A stretch of 64,000 nt of DNA from Octopus bimaculoides (GCF_001194135.2 NC_068987.1:13213980-13277979); one strand, 5' to 3'. Counted from the stretch's first letter, positions 40,191 to 53,424 are shown. Notes: generated by a model from the sequence alone, not told the origin. Numbers and translations: made by a program.

Positions 40191-40903
40191 TTATTTTGAA
40201 AAAGCATGCATATTCAGTCAAATATGTGTGCCTCAGTTCAACTGTGTTCATTGAAAAAGTCCCTTGATCAAATATGTTCCAGCCATGACCATCATGCCTT
40301 TATTTCAAAACTTTTGTGTCAGGACCATTCTATCTGATAGGTCATTTCTTTTAGAATACTTGAAGGTGTGATCTGAGGAAGATGTAGCTGCTGGTTCTTG
40401 CGGGTTAAATAAACAACTACTTTAAAGCTTTTTTCAGGAAAACCATATCATGTCAGGTTTTTCTCCTATCTTCTGCTTTAATTTTTCTATGAATATTTTA
40501 CACACCTGGGTGTGTAACATCCCCCACACAAAAAAAAAAAAGAAGAACGAACTCTTAAGAAGGATTATTGTTTGGTTCTATTATTTTTTCTAATGATTAT
40601 TCTACAGTAAAGATTACCCAACCATATTATTTTATTTTGCCATAAGTTTACTTCCTAGCATTATTATCACTCATACATACTACAATCATAACACCCTATC
40701 ATGCCATATGTTGCTGTTATTGTATGACATATATCATAACAAGCCATTTATTTTGACTTGAAGTATTTTGTTTGTTTGTTTCGTTTTTCGTTTTGGGTTG
40801 TTTTTTTGTTTATTTGCTGTTGTTAGTTTACCACTGAATTAATCGCAGTCAAGTAAGATAACAGTAGCATGAACCAATCTCTGGACCACAGACTCTGAAA
40901 AAA

Positions 40904-41330
40904 TATGAGCCAGCAAGGAGGCTCCCAAGTGCAGCTGGATATGAGGCCCCCTGGTGCTACTGAGCATGAAACTGACTCCCAAGTCCTGTCGAGTATGGAG
41001 CAAGCTTCCAAGTGTTCCAAATGCACTCAAGTGCCCCAGAGTAGGAAGCAGGTCTCTCAGTGCCACTGGGTACAGAGCAGGTCTCTGTGCTACTGGGTAT
41101 GAAGCAGGTATGCCAATGCCACTTGGGTATGGAGCAGGCTCCTAAGCATGGCGGCTTGTAGGGCAGGCTTCCAAGTGCTGCTGGATATGGAATAGGTTCC
41201 TAAGTATGACTGCTTATGGAGGAGGCTTATGGAATAGGTTCCGAAGCATGGCTGCTTATGGGAGAGGTTTCCAAGCACTGTTACGTATGGAGCACTTTTC
41301 CAAATACTACTGAATATGGAACAAGCTTTT
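40904..41330. repeat. Diverged 29-bp minisatellite, ~14 units
   Basis: Consensus approximately TATGGAGCAGGCTTCCAAGTGCTACTGGG; most unit spacings are 29 nt. Confidence 0.8.
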
Positions 41331-42030
41331 GAGTGTTTCTATATATAAAGACTCAAAACGGTGGTGTGTTGTGAGCAAATTCCACAACATGCAAAAGCTT
41401 ATGCAAACTGGAGATAGAATTGTGCTTAAATTGGGGCTGTGTTGCCTTTGGTGCACTATTTTGAACAAGCTGAAATTCATGCATTCTTTCGAATCAACTT
41501 GTTATTGCATTTAGTTTTTAAGCAAATTGTTGCTAGTTCAGTATTTAGAGCAGGCCACAGTTGTTAACTTTTGCATTTTGAGTAGCTTTGTGCTTGTTAA
41601 TGTCATGTTTGCAGCAGAACTTGTCTCGTTTCACTTCACCATTTTCATGAAGGTGGTCTGGTCCCTAACCAACCAATAACTACTCTTTTATTTTTTCTCA
41701 TTCATTTATTTATTTATTTAATTATTCGTGTGCTTATTTTGCCTGTCAGTCAGTCAGTCAGTCTGCAGGGGTGTTTGGGCCAATTACAGCTCCATCTGCA
41801 CACCTATTGCCTATAAATCTCAATTGTTCATTAGCCTACATCCTATTGTAATTACTGTGCTGGTCCTCCACCAGTCTGAAAGGTAAAGATAGCATTCCCT
41901 TACAGATAAGGTAGTTTTTAACAACTGAGTCTGGTCCTGTCTATCAGTTTACTACTTAGAACTAATTCTTCCCAATCTTTTAGGGACGAATACCTACTTA
42001 TGTCTCCCTTTCCATCCCTATACAAATCTC

Positions 42031-42085
<55 letters not shown>

Positions 42086-42742
42086 CTTTCTCCCTCTATC
42101 ACTCTCACATTTGGTGTAACACCTTTATTTAATAGTGTTACTATTTCATTTTTTATTTGCTCTCTTTTCCCTCTGTCTATGAATCTATCTATCTGTCTCT
42201 CTCTCTCCATTTTCTGTTTTAGACATAGCTTTCTCATTGTCTTCCCTTCAAGTTACCCTCTGTCCACTTACAAAACTATATCATAATTCCATATTCTCTT
42301 TCTCTCCCTCCTCACTCAAAGTCCCACTCACTTATACATCTATCATTCACACCCCATTCTCTACCTCACCCTCACACGTCAGTGTGCATGTGTGTGTAAT
42401 CATTATTTCCCTCACACCACTCTCTCTCTCTACCTGTCTACTTGGTCCTGTCTATCTTCTGACTCATTCTTTTCATTTTCTTATTTTTTCTTCCTCTATG
42501 TATCCAGCTGTTTGTTACTACCTCTCTATCAATCTATTTCTCTACTGTTAATCTACCCCCCCCCCCCCACACACACACACAGTTTCATGTCTGCTTTCCC
42601 TGCTGGCATAAGTTGGTCAAGGTTTTCAAGGCTATATTCTAGTTTGATGACCTTCTTGATATTAACCTTTTACAGTATGCCCTATTGCAATGTACCTTTC
42701 TAAAAAATATTTTTTCAAAAGTAGAAAGTGAGCATCAAAATT

Positions 42743-43105
42743 GGAGTGGCTGTGTGGTAAGTAGCTTGCTTACGAACCACATGGTTCCGGGTTCAGTCCC
42801 ACTGCGTGGCACCTTGGGCAAGTGTCTTCTACTATAGCCTCGGGCCGACCAAAGCTTTGTGAGTGGATTTGGTAGATGGAAACTGAAAGAAGCCCATCGT
42901 GTGTCTGTGTGTGTGTGTGTGTGTATGTGTCCCCCCCCCCCAATCGCTTGACAAGTGATGTTGGTTTGGTTACATCTCCGTTTGGCAAAAGCAACTGATA
43001 GAATAAGTACTACTAGGCTTACAAAGAATAAGTCCTGGGGTTGATTTGTTTAACTAAAGGCAGTGCTCCAGCATGGCCGCAGTCAAATGACTGAAACAAA
43101 CAAAA
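42743..43105 (+). mobile_element. SINE A1
   Basis: Young head and tail. Confidence 0.88.
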
Positions 43106-43134
43106 GAATATATATATATATGCACGTACACACA

Positions 43135-43390
43135 CAAATGGTGTAGAGAGGTTACAGAATATGGGGGGGACAAACACAGACACGCAAACACATACACACA
43201 CATACACACACATACATATATATATATACATATATACGACGGGCTTCTTTCAGTTTCTGTCTACCAAATCCACACACAAGGCTTTGGTCGGCCCGAGGCT
43301 ATAGTAGAAGACACTTGCCCAAGGTGCCACGCAGTGGGACTGAACCCGGAACCATGTGGTTGGTAAGCAAACTACTTACCACACAGCCAC
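43135..43390 (-). mobile_element. SINE A, 5' two-thirds, inverted relative to the preceding copy
   Basis: Young head at 43236-43390. Confidence 0.88.
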
Positions 43391-44560
43391 GTTGACTGCT
43401 TAAAAAATGGAATCTGTGGAAGAAAAAAATCCCAGGATGACATTGAGCAATGAATTTTGAGCTTCAAGAAAGAGACAACTGCAATGATGGGGATCACACT
43501 GTGCCGGAGAAGACCTTCCTTCCCCTGCAAATTTGTTGAAAAGAATGCTAAAATGGAAGTAATGATAGAGGTTGAGATGCAATGCTTTCTTACTACTCAC
43601 CCTCCCTTTCAGAGTAGACAGAGGTGAGGATTGCTCTTTAGTTTTGTGATGTACAAGTGCTGGTACTATTATAAAATACCCCCAGTACCCTTTGGTGTTT
43701 GAAAGAGTGTCCAGTCATAATAATCATAGAAATGAATCATAGTCTAGTCATAGAAATAAGGAAGTAAGGTGTGCAGATAGTCTCTTACAGCTGTTTTCCA
43801 AATAGGTGCATGTAAGGTGCATTTCCCAGCAGATGAAGATAAGCTGTCCATATAGTAGCAGCCTAATCTGTCTCCAGAGAGGAAAAGAATGAGGCAGTTC
43901 CTTAGTACAGGATTTTAGTCATGAATATTAGCAGTGGATAGTTCCCTTGTTGAACAGAGAGAATAGGTAATAAGTGAACTTGAGTACTTAATGTATATAC
44001 CAATCACATTATGTTATTAGATGCAAGGCTGGCAGAATTGTTAGTTCTCCAGGCGAAATGCTCAGTGGTATTTCGCCTGCGGCTACATTCTGAGCTCAAA
44101 TTCCGCTGAGGTCAACATTACCTTTCATCCTTTCAGGGTTGATAAATTAAGTACCAGTGAAATACTGGGGTCAATCTAATCGACTGGTCCCCTCCTCACA
44201 AATTTGAGGCCTTGTGCCTCCAGTAGAAAGGATTATGTCATTAAATGCAACTTCTGCCTGGACTCTACATTTATGCATAAGCACATGCATGGCTGTGTGG
44301 TTAAAATGTTTGCTTTGCAACCATAAGGTCTTGGGTTCTATCTCACTACATGGCACCTTGAATGTGTTGTCTTTTTTTCTTTATTATAATGTTGGATTTA
44401 CTAATGTTGCATAAGAGAAACCTATATATCTATATATATATATATATATGTATATATATTCTACTTACATTTACCGGTGTCTGATTGTTGGATATTGTTA
44501 ACCATATTCTTTTAAAACTGAGTGTTTTATTGATATCTGTCTGGATTTTTTTAATCCTTT

Positions 44561-44611
<51 letters not shown>

Positions 44612-45505
44612 CATACATAATAGATATACATGCATTTACACACACAAGTGTGTGTGCGTGTAATTACTGTTGGTGTGTCACTCGTGTATAGGCACGCTGA
44701 AACACCCAACACACACATAATCATTTTCATGTTGTCATATTTTTTATTTGGCATGGGCAGGTGGGAGAGGCAGCAGCATCTCTGCCTGAAGAATCTCTTC
44801 CCTGCACCGCCCCCCCTCCCCGTCTGCTTCTAAGCTACACACTTCAAAACAAGTCTGCTACTGCTAGTGTTTGGTTCCAACCGAGTATTTCTTCCCATCA
44901 GACACTACACAATCTGCAATCACCCACTGTTGCTTCAACCGAGGCCCTTCCAGTCTTTTTTTTTTTTGTGAACCCAACTCTATATACACAGCGAGGTCCC
45001 CCCTGTAAAACCCTACATGCTTGTCTTCATTTGGTACCTGTTCTTGTTTCTGGTTGCATTTGTGTTTGTCTACATATGGTTGCACCCTGGACAGCAGCTG
45101 CACTTGGTAGGAAAAAAATATTCTTTTGTTACTTTTAACTGTTTGTATTTACCTTTNNNNNNNNNNNNNNNNNNNNNNNNNNNNNNNNNNNNNNNNNNNN
45201 NNNNNNNNNNNNNNNNNNNNNNNNNNNNNNNNNNNNNNNNNNNNNNNNNNNNNNNNNNNNNNNNNNNNNNNNNNNNNNNNNNNNNNNNNNNNNNNNNNNN
45301 NNNNNNNNNNNNNNNNNNNNNNNNNNNNNNNNNNNNNNNNNNNNNNNNNNNNNNNNNNNNNNNNNNNNNNNNNNNNNNNNNNNNNNNNNNNNNNNNNNNN
45401 NNNNNNNNNNNNNNNNNNNNNNNNNNNNNNNNNNNNNNNNNNNNNNNNNNNNNNNNNNNNNNNNNNNNNNNNNNNNNNNNNNNNNNNNNNNNNNNNNNNN
45501 NNNNN

Positions 45506-45564
<59 letters not shown>

Positions 45565-46299
45565 ATACACATGCACACACAGACACGCATACATATAATC
45601 ATACACATTCATACATACACACATAAACATATGTTCATAACATGTATATCTGTTTTTATACTCTTTTTTTTTCTCAATACTAGCTTCAGTAAATGGGCTG
45701 TGGCCATGCTGGGGCACTGTCTTTGGGGGTTGTTAATTGATCATAAAAACTTCCCTTTTTACAGCCTGGTCCTTATTATTACTGGTTTTTTTTTTTTTTT
45801 TTTTTTNNNNNNNNNNGATTTTCACCTTTGAAACAACACCTAGGGGTTTTTATTGTTTATTTTTGTAACTAGTAGTGTTATGTCAACCATATAGACATAG
45901 GCAAATGCACACACACACACACACACACAGTTCTGATGGGTTTCTGCACAGTTGAAATTTATTAAATTCCATTCATAAGGTCCCTGGTGAACCTGAGGCT
46001 ACAATAAAAAAACATAGGCTATAATAAAAGACATAGGCTACAATAAAAGACTTGCAGTGGGATTGAACACAGAACCATCTGACTACAAAGCAAACTTCTT
46101 GACCACACAGCCAAACCATATATGTACGAATCATATTGAAAACTCAAGTTTTTTTATTTTGAATTTTTCACCTTATGTATATTTTACACTTTGTTTGGAG
46201 CAGTGAAGTCCTCAGTCTATCAATGAATTAATTCTGTTTAATAGATATAGTGCATGTTGGTTCATAGGTTCATATTCTTATACGCATTTCTTGTGTGTC

Positions 46300-46700
46300 T
46301 TTGGCCAGCAATTTTTAGGGGAAGGGTAAGTCAATTTACATTGACTTATTTTATCGACACCAAAATAATGAAAGGCAAAGTCTACCTCGGCTGAATTTGA
46401 ACTCAAAACTTAGAGATGGACCAAATACCACTAAGCATTTTACCCAGCTTGCCACCTTAATAATAATAATAATAATAATCCTTTCTACTATAAGCACAAG
46501 GCCTGAAATTTGAGGGAGGGAGTTAGTCGATTACATTGACCCCCAGTCCTCAACTGGTACTTATTTCATTGACCCCGAAAGGATGAAAGGCAAAGTTAAC
46601 TTCAGCGTAATTTGAACTCAAAATGTGAAGACAGATGAAATGCCACTAAGCACTTGTCCCCAGCGTGCTTACAATTCTGCCAGCTCACCATCTTAATAAT
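46300..46700 (-). mobile_element. Two tandem SINE B copies joined at (AAT)n tails
   Basis: B cores separated by (TAA)n. Confidence 0.8.
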
Positions 46701-46799
46701 AATAATAATAATAATAATGATTATAATAATGATTATAATAATCTTCACATATTTGTATCTGTGTGAAGTTTAAAGAAATTTTTAAGTCTGGAATATAGG

Positions 46800-47150
46800 T
46801 ACAGGTATGGCTATGTGGTTAAGAAAGCTCGCATTTAGCCACATGGTTCCAGGTTCAATCCTACTGTATAGTACCTTCATCAAGTGTCTTCTACAATATC
46901 CGTCAACCAGCCAATACCTTATGAATGAATTTGTTAACAGAAACTATACAGAGGTCTGTTGTTTGTGTGTGAGGCCCACACTGCTTGACAACCAGTGTTG
47001 GTTTGTTGACGTCCCTTCTAACCTAGCAGTTCAGCACAAGACACTGATACCATAAGTACCAGACTGGAGTTAATTTATTTGACCAAGTCCTTCAAGGCAG
47101 TGCCCCAGCATGACCGCAGTCCAGTGACTGAATCAAGTAAAGGATAAAGA
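46800..47150 (+). mobile_element. SINE A1, older copy
   Basis: Head and tail recognisable. Confidence 0.75.
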
Positions 47151-47174
47151 GAAAGTTCATGAGTTAGATATACA

Positions 47175-47220
<46 letters not shown>

Positions 47221-47244
47221 AATCTATTTTTCGCTTCCTTTTAC

Positions 47245-47670
47245 TACTCCAAGCAGAAGGCACGAAATTTTGGGGGAGGAGGCCAGTCGATTAGATTGAC
47301 CCCAGTATGCAACTGGTACTTAATTTATCAACACCAAAAGGACAAAAGGCAAATTCGACCTCAGCAGAATTTGAACTCAGAACGTTAAGACAGATGAAAT
47401 AATGCTAAGCATTTCACCCGGCATGCTACTGTTTCTTATTTCTTTACTGCCCACAAGGGGCTAAACATAGAGGGGACAAACAAGGACAGACAAATGGATT
47501 AAGTCAATTACATTGACCCCAGTGCGTAACTGGTACTTAATTTATCAACCCCGAAAGGATGAAAGGCAAAGTCGACCTCGGCGGAATTTGAACTCAGAAC
47601 ATAGCGGCAGACGAAATATCGCTAAGCATTTCACCCAGTGTGCTAACGTTTCTGCCAGCTCGCCGCCCTT
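47245..47670 (-). mobile_element. Two tandem SINE B copies with two different tails
   Basis: One ends in the CCCC..AAAATTTC tail, the other in the CCCCTTGTGGGCAGTAAAGAAATAAG tail. Confidence 0.85.
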
Positions 47671-48135
47671 GTGTGTGTGTGTGTGAATAATAGACTTCTC
47701 ATATCTGTGTCTCTGTCAAATTTAAAGACAGTCTGGAATAGATTGGGGTATGTTGAAGGAAAAAGAAAAAGATCAAACACCTCATTATTTACCTCTGCCA
47801 GTGGTGCTGTTTTTTATAATGAAGGAACTGAGCCGGTAGAAACGGTAGGATGAATGCCAAAATAAATACATACTATACTTCCCTTTCCATCAAACACCCC
47901 TTTCCACATTTTTTTTTAAGTAGAGAGGCCCTGTGGGAAGGAGGCAGAGTGGGGGTAACGGTTGAGATAAGTATACCAGTGATACACTGAGGTTCATTCA
48001 GTTGTTTCTTGTGTCAATGTATACATAGTCTGTGAGTTCTTTTTTCTAACAAACACATGTATATGTAAATATAAATAAATACATATATAGATTTATGTAT
48101 ATACATATATGTATGTACGTGTGCATGTGTGTATG

Positions 48136-48170
<35 letters not shown>

Positions 48171-48232
48171 ATGTATGTATGCATACATATATACACAAAC
48201 ATGCATATATGTAAGTATACTTGCATACATAA

Positions 48233-48275
<43 letters not shown>

Positions 48276-49344
48276 CATACATATACGCATACATGTATGT
48301 ATTCATACATATATACAAACATGTATATATATGCAGACCTGGTGCGGCCTCCTGGCTTCCCAGACCCCAGTCAAACCATCCAATCCATGCCAGCATGGAA
48401 GACGAACGTTAAATGATGATGATGATATATGTATATATATATATATACATACAGTCAGGTGCGTATGCATGCACACACACACACACACACACATATGTAC
48501 ATAATTTCAAGTAAGTGAAAATTGTTTGTCATGCGTCATTCATAACTCCTTGAGATAGTTTTATACATACTTGTGTCTGTGTGCATGTGTGTATAATGTA
48601 TACTTATGTATGCATATACCTATATGTGTGTGTGTCTATGAATGTATATTTGTGCTTGCACATATGTATACATACATACATACATGCATGTTTGTGTGTG
48701 TGTATACAGAGTAGTAAAGAAAATGTCTATGCATTGTCATTAATTATTTTATACAATAAAATAAAGTGAGTCAATAACTTTATGTACTTTGGACAGAAAT
48801 CTCCACCTCCTACAAGTAAAACATATTAACTATGAAGGATGTAGAAATAGATATCACATCATTCATGCCTTTCCTAATGGCTTCACTTAGTAAATAACAA
48901 CCAAATCTAATAGTCACCCACTTCCTTTGCTTATATTATGAACCAACACTCTACACAAATCACTTTTAGACGTGTGTAGTATATGTTCACTGTCTTCACA
49001 ACCCTTAAAAAACAGGGGTGGGAGTTCTTCTACTCTTTGGTATTTCTTAGAAAGGTCTGTCTAATTAGCTATTGTGTTGGTATCCCTATTTTTATCTAAC
49101 AGCTAACAGATTGCTGAAGTTGAAACAACTGTGAAACAGCTGCTTTCTCTCTAAGTGGGCTATTACAGCCATGTCTTTTATTGGCATGATTCTACTTCGT
49201 TATAGTCACTTCTCTTACTTACCCATCGGGAAGTTGGTTCCATATACATATGATTAGGGATGTGTGTGTGTCTGTATGTTAATTTTTTTAAGTCAAATTA
49301 TATATAAAAACAATTTAACATTAAACTAAAGAATTACTCAATAC

Positions 49345-49705
49345 GTTTACTCTTTTACTTGTTTCAGTCATTTGACTGCGGCCACGCTGGAGCACCGCCT
49401 TTAGTTGAGCAAATCAACCCCAGGACTTATTCTTTGTAAGCCTAGTACTTATTCTATCGGTCTCTTTTGCCGAACCGCTAAGTTACGGGGACGTAAACAC
49501 ACCAGCATCGCTTGTCAAGCGATATTGGGGGGGACAAACACAGACACACAAACACACATATATATACATATATACGACAGGCTTCTTTCAGTTTCCATCT
49601 ACCAAATCCACTCACAAGGCTTTGGTCGGCCCGAGGCTGTAGTAGAAGACACTTGCCCAAGGTGCCACGCAGTGGGACTGAACCCAGAACCATGTGGTTG
49701 GTAAG
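49345..49705 (-). mobile_element. SINE A1, young, 5' tip missing
   Basis: Near-identical to 3742-4143. Confidence 0.9.
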
Positions 49706-50047
49706 TCTTTTAGATGAAAGATGGTGGCAGTGACTTCGAAGTTTTGGCCTGCTAGCATACTTCACCCAAGTGTGTGTGTGTGTGTACTTTCATGCTCAGG
49801 ATACTCAAAACTGTTATTAGTCAAAGGTTCTGCACAGTGGAACCTGAAGCCACCTGGTTTCAAATTCAGCTTTTTCAATCACATGCAATCTTCCTGTGTT
49901 TGACTGATGTACATTTTGTAAATGTGTTTTTGATTGACAAATGGTTTGACCTGGAATTTACATTTACAGGAAAGAGTTGTTTTAACCCTGTCTAAGAACA
50001 CACAAAAACTGTTACATTCACTTTCAATTTGTTTCTTTATTATACTG

Positions 50048-50163
50048 TTATGAATTGTCTGAAAGCTTATTTGCACTTCTGTGACCTGGTCACCAACATA
50101 GTTTCCACTATGTTGTGTCACTGGCCAGGTCACAAGAGTACAATAAAGCCTTCAGACACATAA
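50048..50163. other. Long imperfect inverted repeat (~115 nt hairpin)
   Basis: GTCTGAA..TGTGACCTGGTCA pairs with TGGCCAGGTCACA..TTCAGAC; inner stem CAACATAG/CTATGTTG; loop TTTCCA. Confidence 0.75.
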
Positions 50164-50769
50164 TAGACAAGGCTGTGATGGGAATAAAATGAAAGTCAAT
50201 GTAACAGTCTTTGAGTGTTTGTTAAATGAGCAAGTATATTCTCCCATGATGTAATTATTCATCATCGTCATTTAATGTCCATTTTCCATGCTGGTATGGG
50301 TTGGATGGTTTGACCAGATCCAGTGAGCCACGGGGCCACATCATGTTCCACTGTCTGTTGTGGTTGGGTTTTATACAGCTTGATGCCCTTCCTAGTGCCA
50401 TCCACTTCACAATGTGTACTGGGTGCATTTTTCATGCCACCAGCACTGGTGGGATTGCCAGGTAACTTCCAAGACAAGGAAGAACAAGAAAAAGGGGGTG
50501 GAAAGGGAAAAATTATACTCACAAAATATTGAAAATGAATGACACTGCTTGTATGTAAGTGATACTCATTTACGACCATCACTTGTTATCAAGACAAGGA
50601 GACACTCACATATACAATGGGCTTCTTTTGGTTTCTCTCTACCAAATACACTCACTAGAGTTGTTGTAGAAGATACTTGCCCAAGACTGAACCCAGAACC
50701 ATGTGGTTGGAAAGCAAGCTTCTTACCAATCAGTCACTCCTGCACCTATCTATTATATCTTAGAGTACA

Positions 50770-50995
50770 AACACCATTTTGAGCGTGGCCGTTGCCAGTT
50801 CCGCCTGACTGGCCTTCGTGCGGGTGACACGTAAAAGCACCCACTACACTCTCGGAGTTGTTGGTGTTAGGAAGGGCATCCAGCTGTAGAAACTCTGCCA
50901 AATCAGATTGGAGCCTGGTGTAGCCATCCGGTTTCACCAGTCCTCAGTCAAATCGTCCAACCCATGCTAGCATGGAAAGCGGACGTTAAACAATG

Positions 50996-51030
<35 letters not shown>
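50770..51030 (+). mobile_element. Family C LINE 3' end, young
   Basis: Match to other C copies; long (GAT)n tail. Confidence 0.9.
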
Positions 51031-51033
<3 letters not shown>

Positions 51034-51107
51034 TACTGCATCTTGCTTATATATAAAATTCTACATGACAGAGTGCTCTTAGTATTGAAAATAATGGAGC
51101 TATTTAA

Positions 51108-51388
51108 CCCATTACCTCCCATAATTCTATTAACTGGAATTTTTTAATGAAACTTTGATGATTTCTAGCATAAAACAGCCTTAGAAACAGGCTGGAATGA
51201 TCAAAATAACATTTTAAATAGAAATAAGCGAGATATTGGGTGAAAAATTAGCAAACCTCATTTGAATATCAGAGAAATATACCTAGTAGATATAGCAAAA
51301 AGGTTAGATATGTGTAAATATTGACAACATAATTACGAAATTTGTAGTTTTTAAGTGATCTCATATGAGATCACTGGTAGGTAATGAG
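51108..51388. mobile_element. piggyBac-type MITE family 4
   Basis: TTAA-CCCATTACCT ... AGGTAATGAG-TTAA; perfect 22-bp subterminal palindrome at 51354-51375. Confidence 0.75.
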
Positions 51389-51876
51389 TTAAATATGACT
51401 ACAGTTATACATTTAATTATACTCGTAAAACAACTCAATCTATAGGAATAGATAATTAAATATTTATAAAAATTACTACAAATAGACTCAATGTTTTGTA
51501 TATCGCTATACTGTTATACTCTTCAGGGAAAAGACAGAATTTTTAAGTATGCTGCCTCTGTTTATAATTGTACAGATTATTGTATACCTCATTAAGAAAG
51601 ACGAAACGAATTATCTTCATTTTTCTATGAAGCAAAGAGATGAAAAATTATGGTTGACTGCAAAATAAACAAACATGATGTGTACTTACAAAGTAAAGTC
51701 CCTTGTATAAATAACCGCTAATGATTAACATTTTAAAGGAACCCTATTTCCTGAATCGGGGAGCAGAAGCCAGTGAATATTCTAATTATATGTTGTAATA
51801 CATACACTATTGTATCTTTCCAATGTGTGTGTGTATGTACGTATGTGTATGTATGTATGTATGTATATATATATAG

Positions 51877-51919
<43 letters not shown>

Positions 51920-52099
51920 GGTGACACGTAAAAGCACCTACTACACTCTCTGAGTGGTTGGCGTTAGGAAGGGCATCCAGTTGTAGAAACTCTGCCAAAT
52001 TTAGATTGGAGCCTGGTGTTGCCATCCGGTTTCACCAGTCCTCAGTCAAATCGTCCAACCCATGCTAGCATGGAAAGCGGACGTTAAACGATGATGATG
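51920..52099 (+). mobile_element. Family C LINE 3' end
   Basis: Match to other C copies. Confidence 0.88.
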
Positions 52100-52220
52100 N
52101 NNNNNNNNNNNNNNNNNNNNNNNNNNNNNNNNNNNNNNNNNNNNNNNNNNNNNNNNNNNNNNNNNNNNNNNNNNNNNNNNNNNNNNNNNNNNNNNNNNNN
52201 ATATATATATATATATATAT

Positions 52221-52432
52221 CATCATCATCATATGTCCACTTTCCATGCTAGCATGGGTTGGACGATTCGACTGGGGACTGGCGAACCAGATGGCTACAC
52301 CGGGCTCCAATCTGATTTGGCAGAGTTTCTACAGCTGGATGCCCTTCCTAATGCCAACCACTCCAAGAGTGTAGTGGGTGCTTTTTATGTGCCACCGGCA
52401 TGAGGGCCAGTCAGGCGGTATTGGCAACACCA
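52221..52432 (-). mobile_element. Family C LINE 3' end, tail-to-tail with the previous copy across a gap
   Basis: Reverse-complement match. Confidence 0.85.
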
Positions 52433-52567
52433 TGTATGTGTGTGTAGGAACATGTATAAGTGTGTGTATTTATATATGTATGTATAAGCATGTGTATGCA
52501 TATGTGTGTGTGTGTGTGTGTATGCATATATGTATAAGCATGTGTGTGTATGTATGTATGTATGTAA

Positions 52568-52915
52568 TAGGCATGGTTGTGCAGTTAAGAAGCTTGCTTC
52601 CCAGCTGTGGTTCAGTTCCACTGCATGGCACCTTGGACAAGTGGTGTGTGCGCGTGCACCATTGTGTGTACATTTGTCTTATCATTATGTGATGGTTCTA
52701 AATAAGCCTCACCATCATGCAAACAATGTTGTTCATTTCCAGTCTTCTGTGGAAAACATTTCTGGCCATGGGGAAAATATTACTTCACCTGGAAACAGAT
52801 GAGGGGTAAGCAATAGGAAGGACATCCAGCCATAGAAAATCTGTCTCAGCAAATTCCATCTGACCCATGCAAACATAGAAAAGTGGACGTTAAAACAATA
52901 CTGATGATGATGATA
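52568..52915 (+). mobile_element. SINE A2
   Basis: A head plus C-type tail; same body as 693-1110 and 56770-56945. Confidence 0.75.
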
Positions 52916-53424
52916 TGTGTGTGTATGTGTGCATACAAAGCAACCTCATCCAATTATGAACAGAATGAGAAAGGCCAAGCAACAATATATAATCTTCCAT
53001 CATTTATGTCAAAATATGTGTTAGTTTAGCAAAATTTCCTGTTCAAATTCCACACTCTGATTCAATATTTAAATGAAACAGTTTTAAAAGTATGTATTTT
53101 ATCTTCTCATTTTTAGTCTTCCAATCTTCAGATTTTTTTTTTTTTCTTTTTTTCTTGGAGTTCCTGTCTGTTAATTCTCAACTTCAAAGTAGTCTGCTCT
53201 TTGTTATGTCCTCTTGTGAAAAGGAAACAACCGCTACTGTGATCATACAGGAAGGAAGCAATCCTGGCTTTCTCTATGTAATTTAAAGACTTCCAGTTCC
53301 TTTTTGTTTGGTAAACGGTGAATCTGTTGTGACTTGTGGAGTACTGAATTGGGTTCTGTGTGTGCTTGTGTGTGTATGAGAAAGAAAGAGAGAGAGAGAG
53401 CTCACATGAGCTGACAGAGAAAAT

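Noticed and set aside
44761-45138. 125-aa ORF in a GC-richer unique segment
   Set aside because: The start is a GTG, no domain is recognisable, it runs into a T-tract, and there is no convincing donor site.
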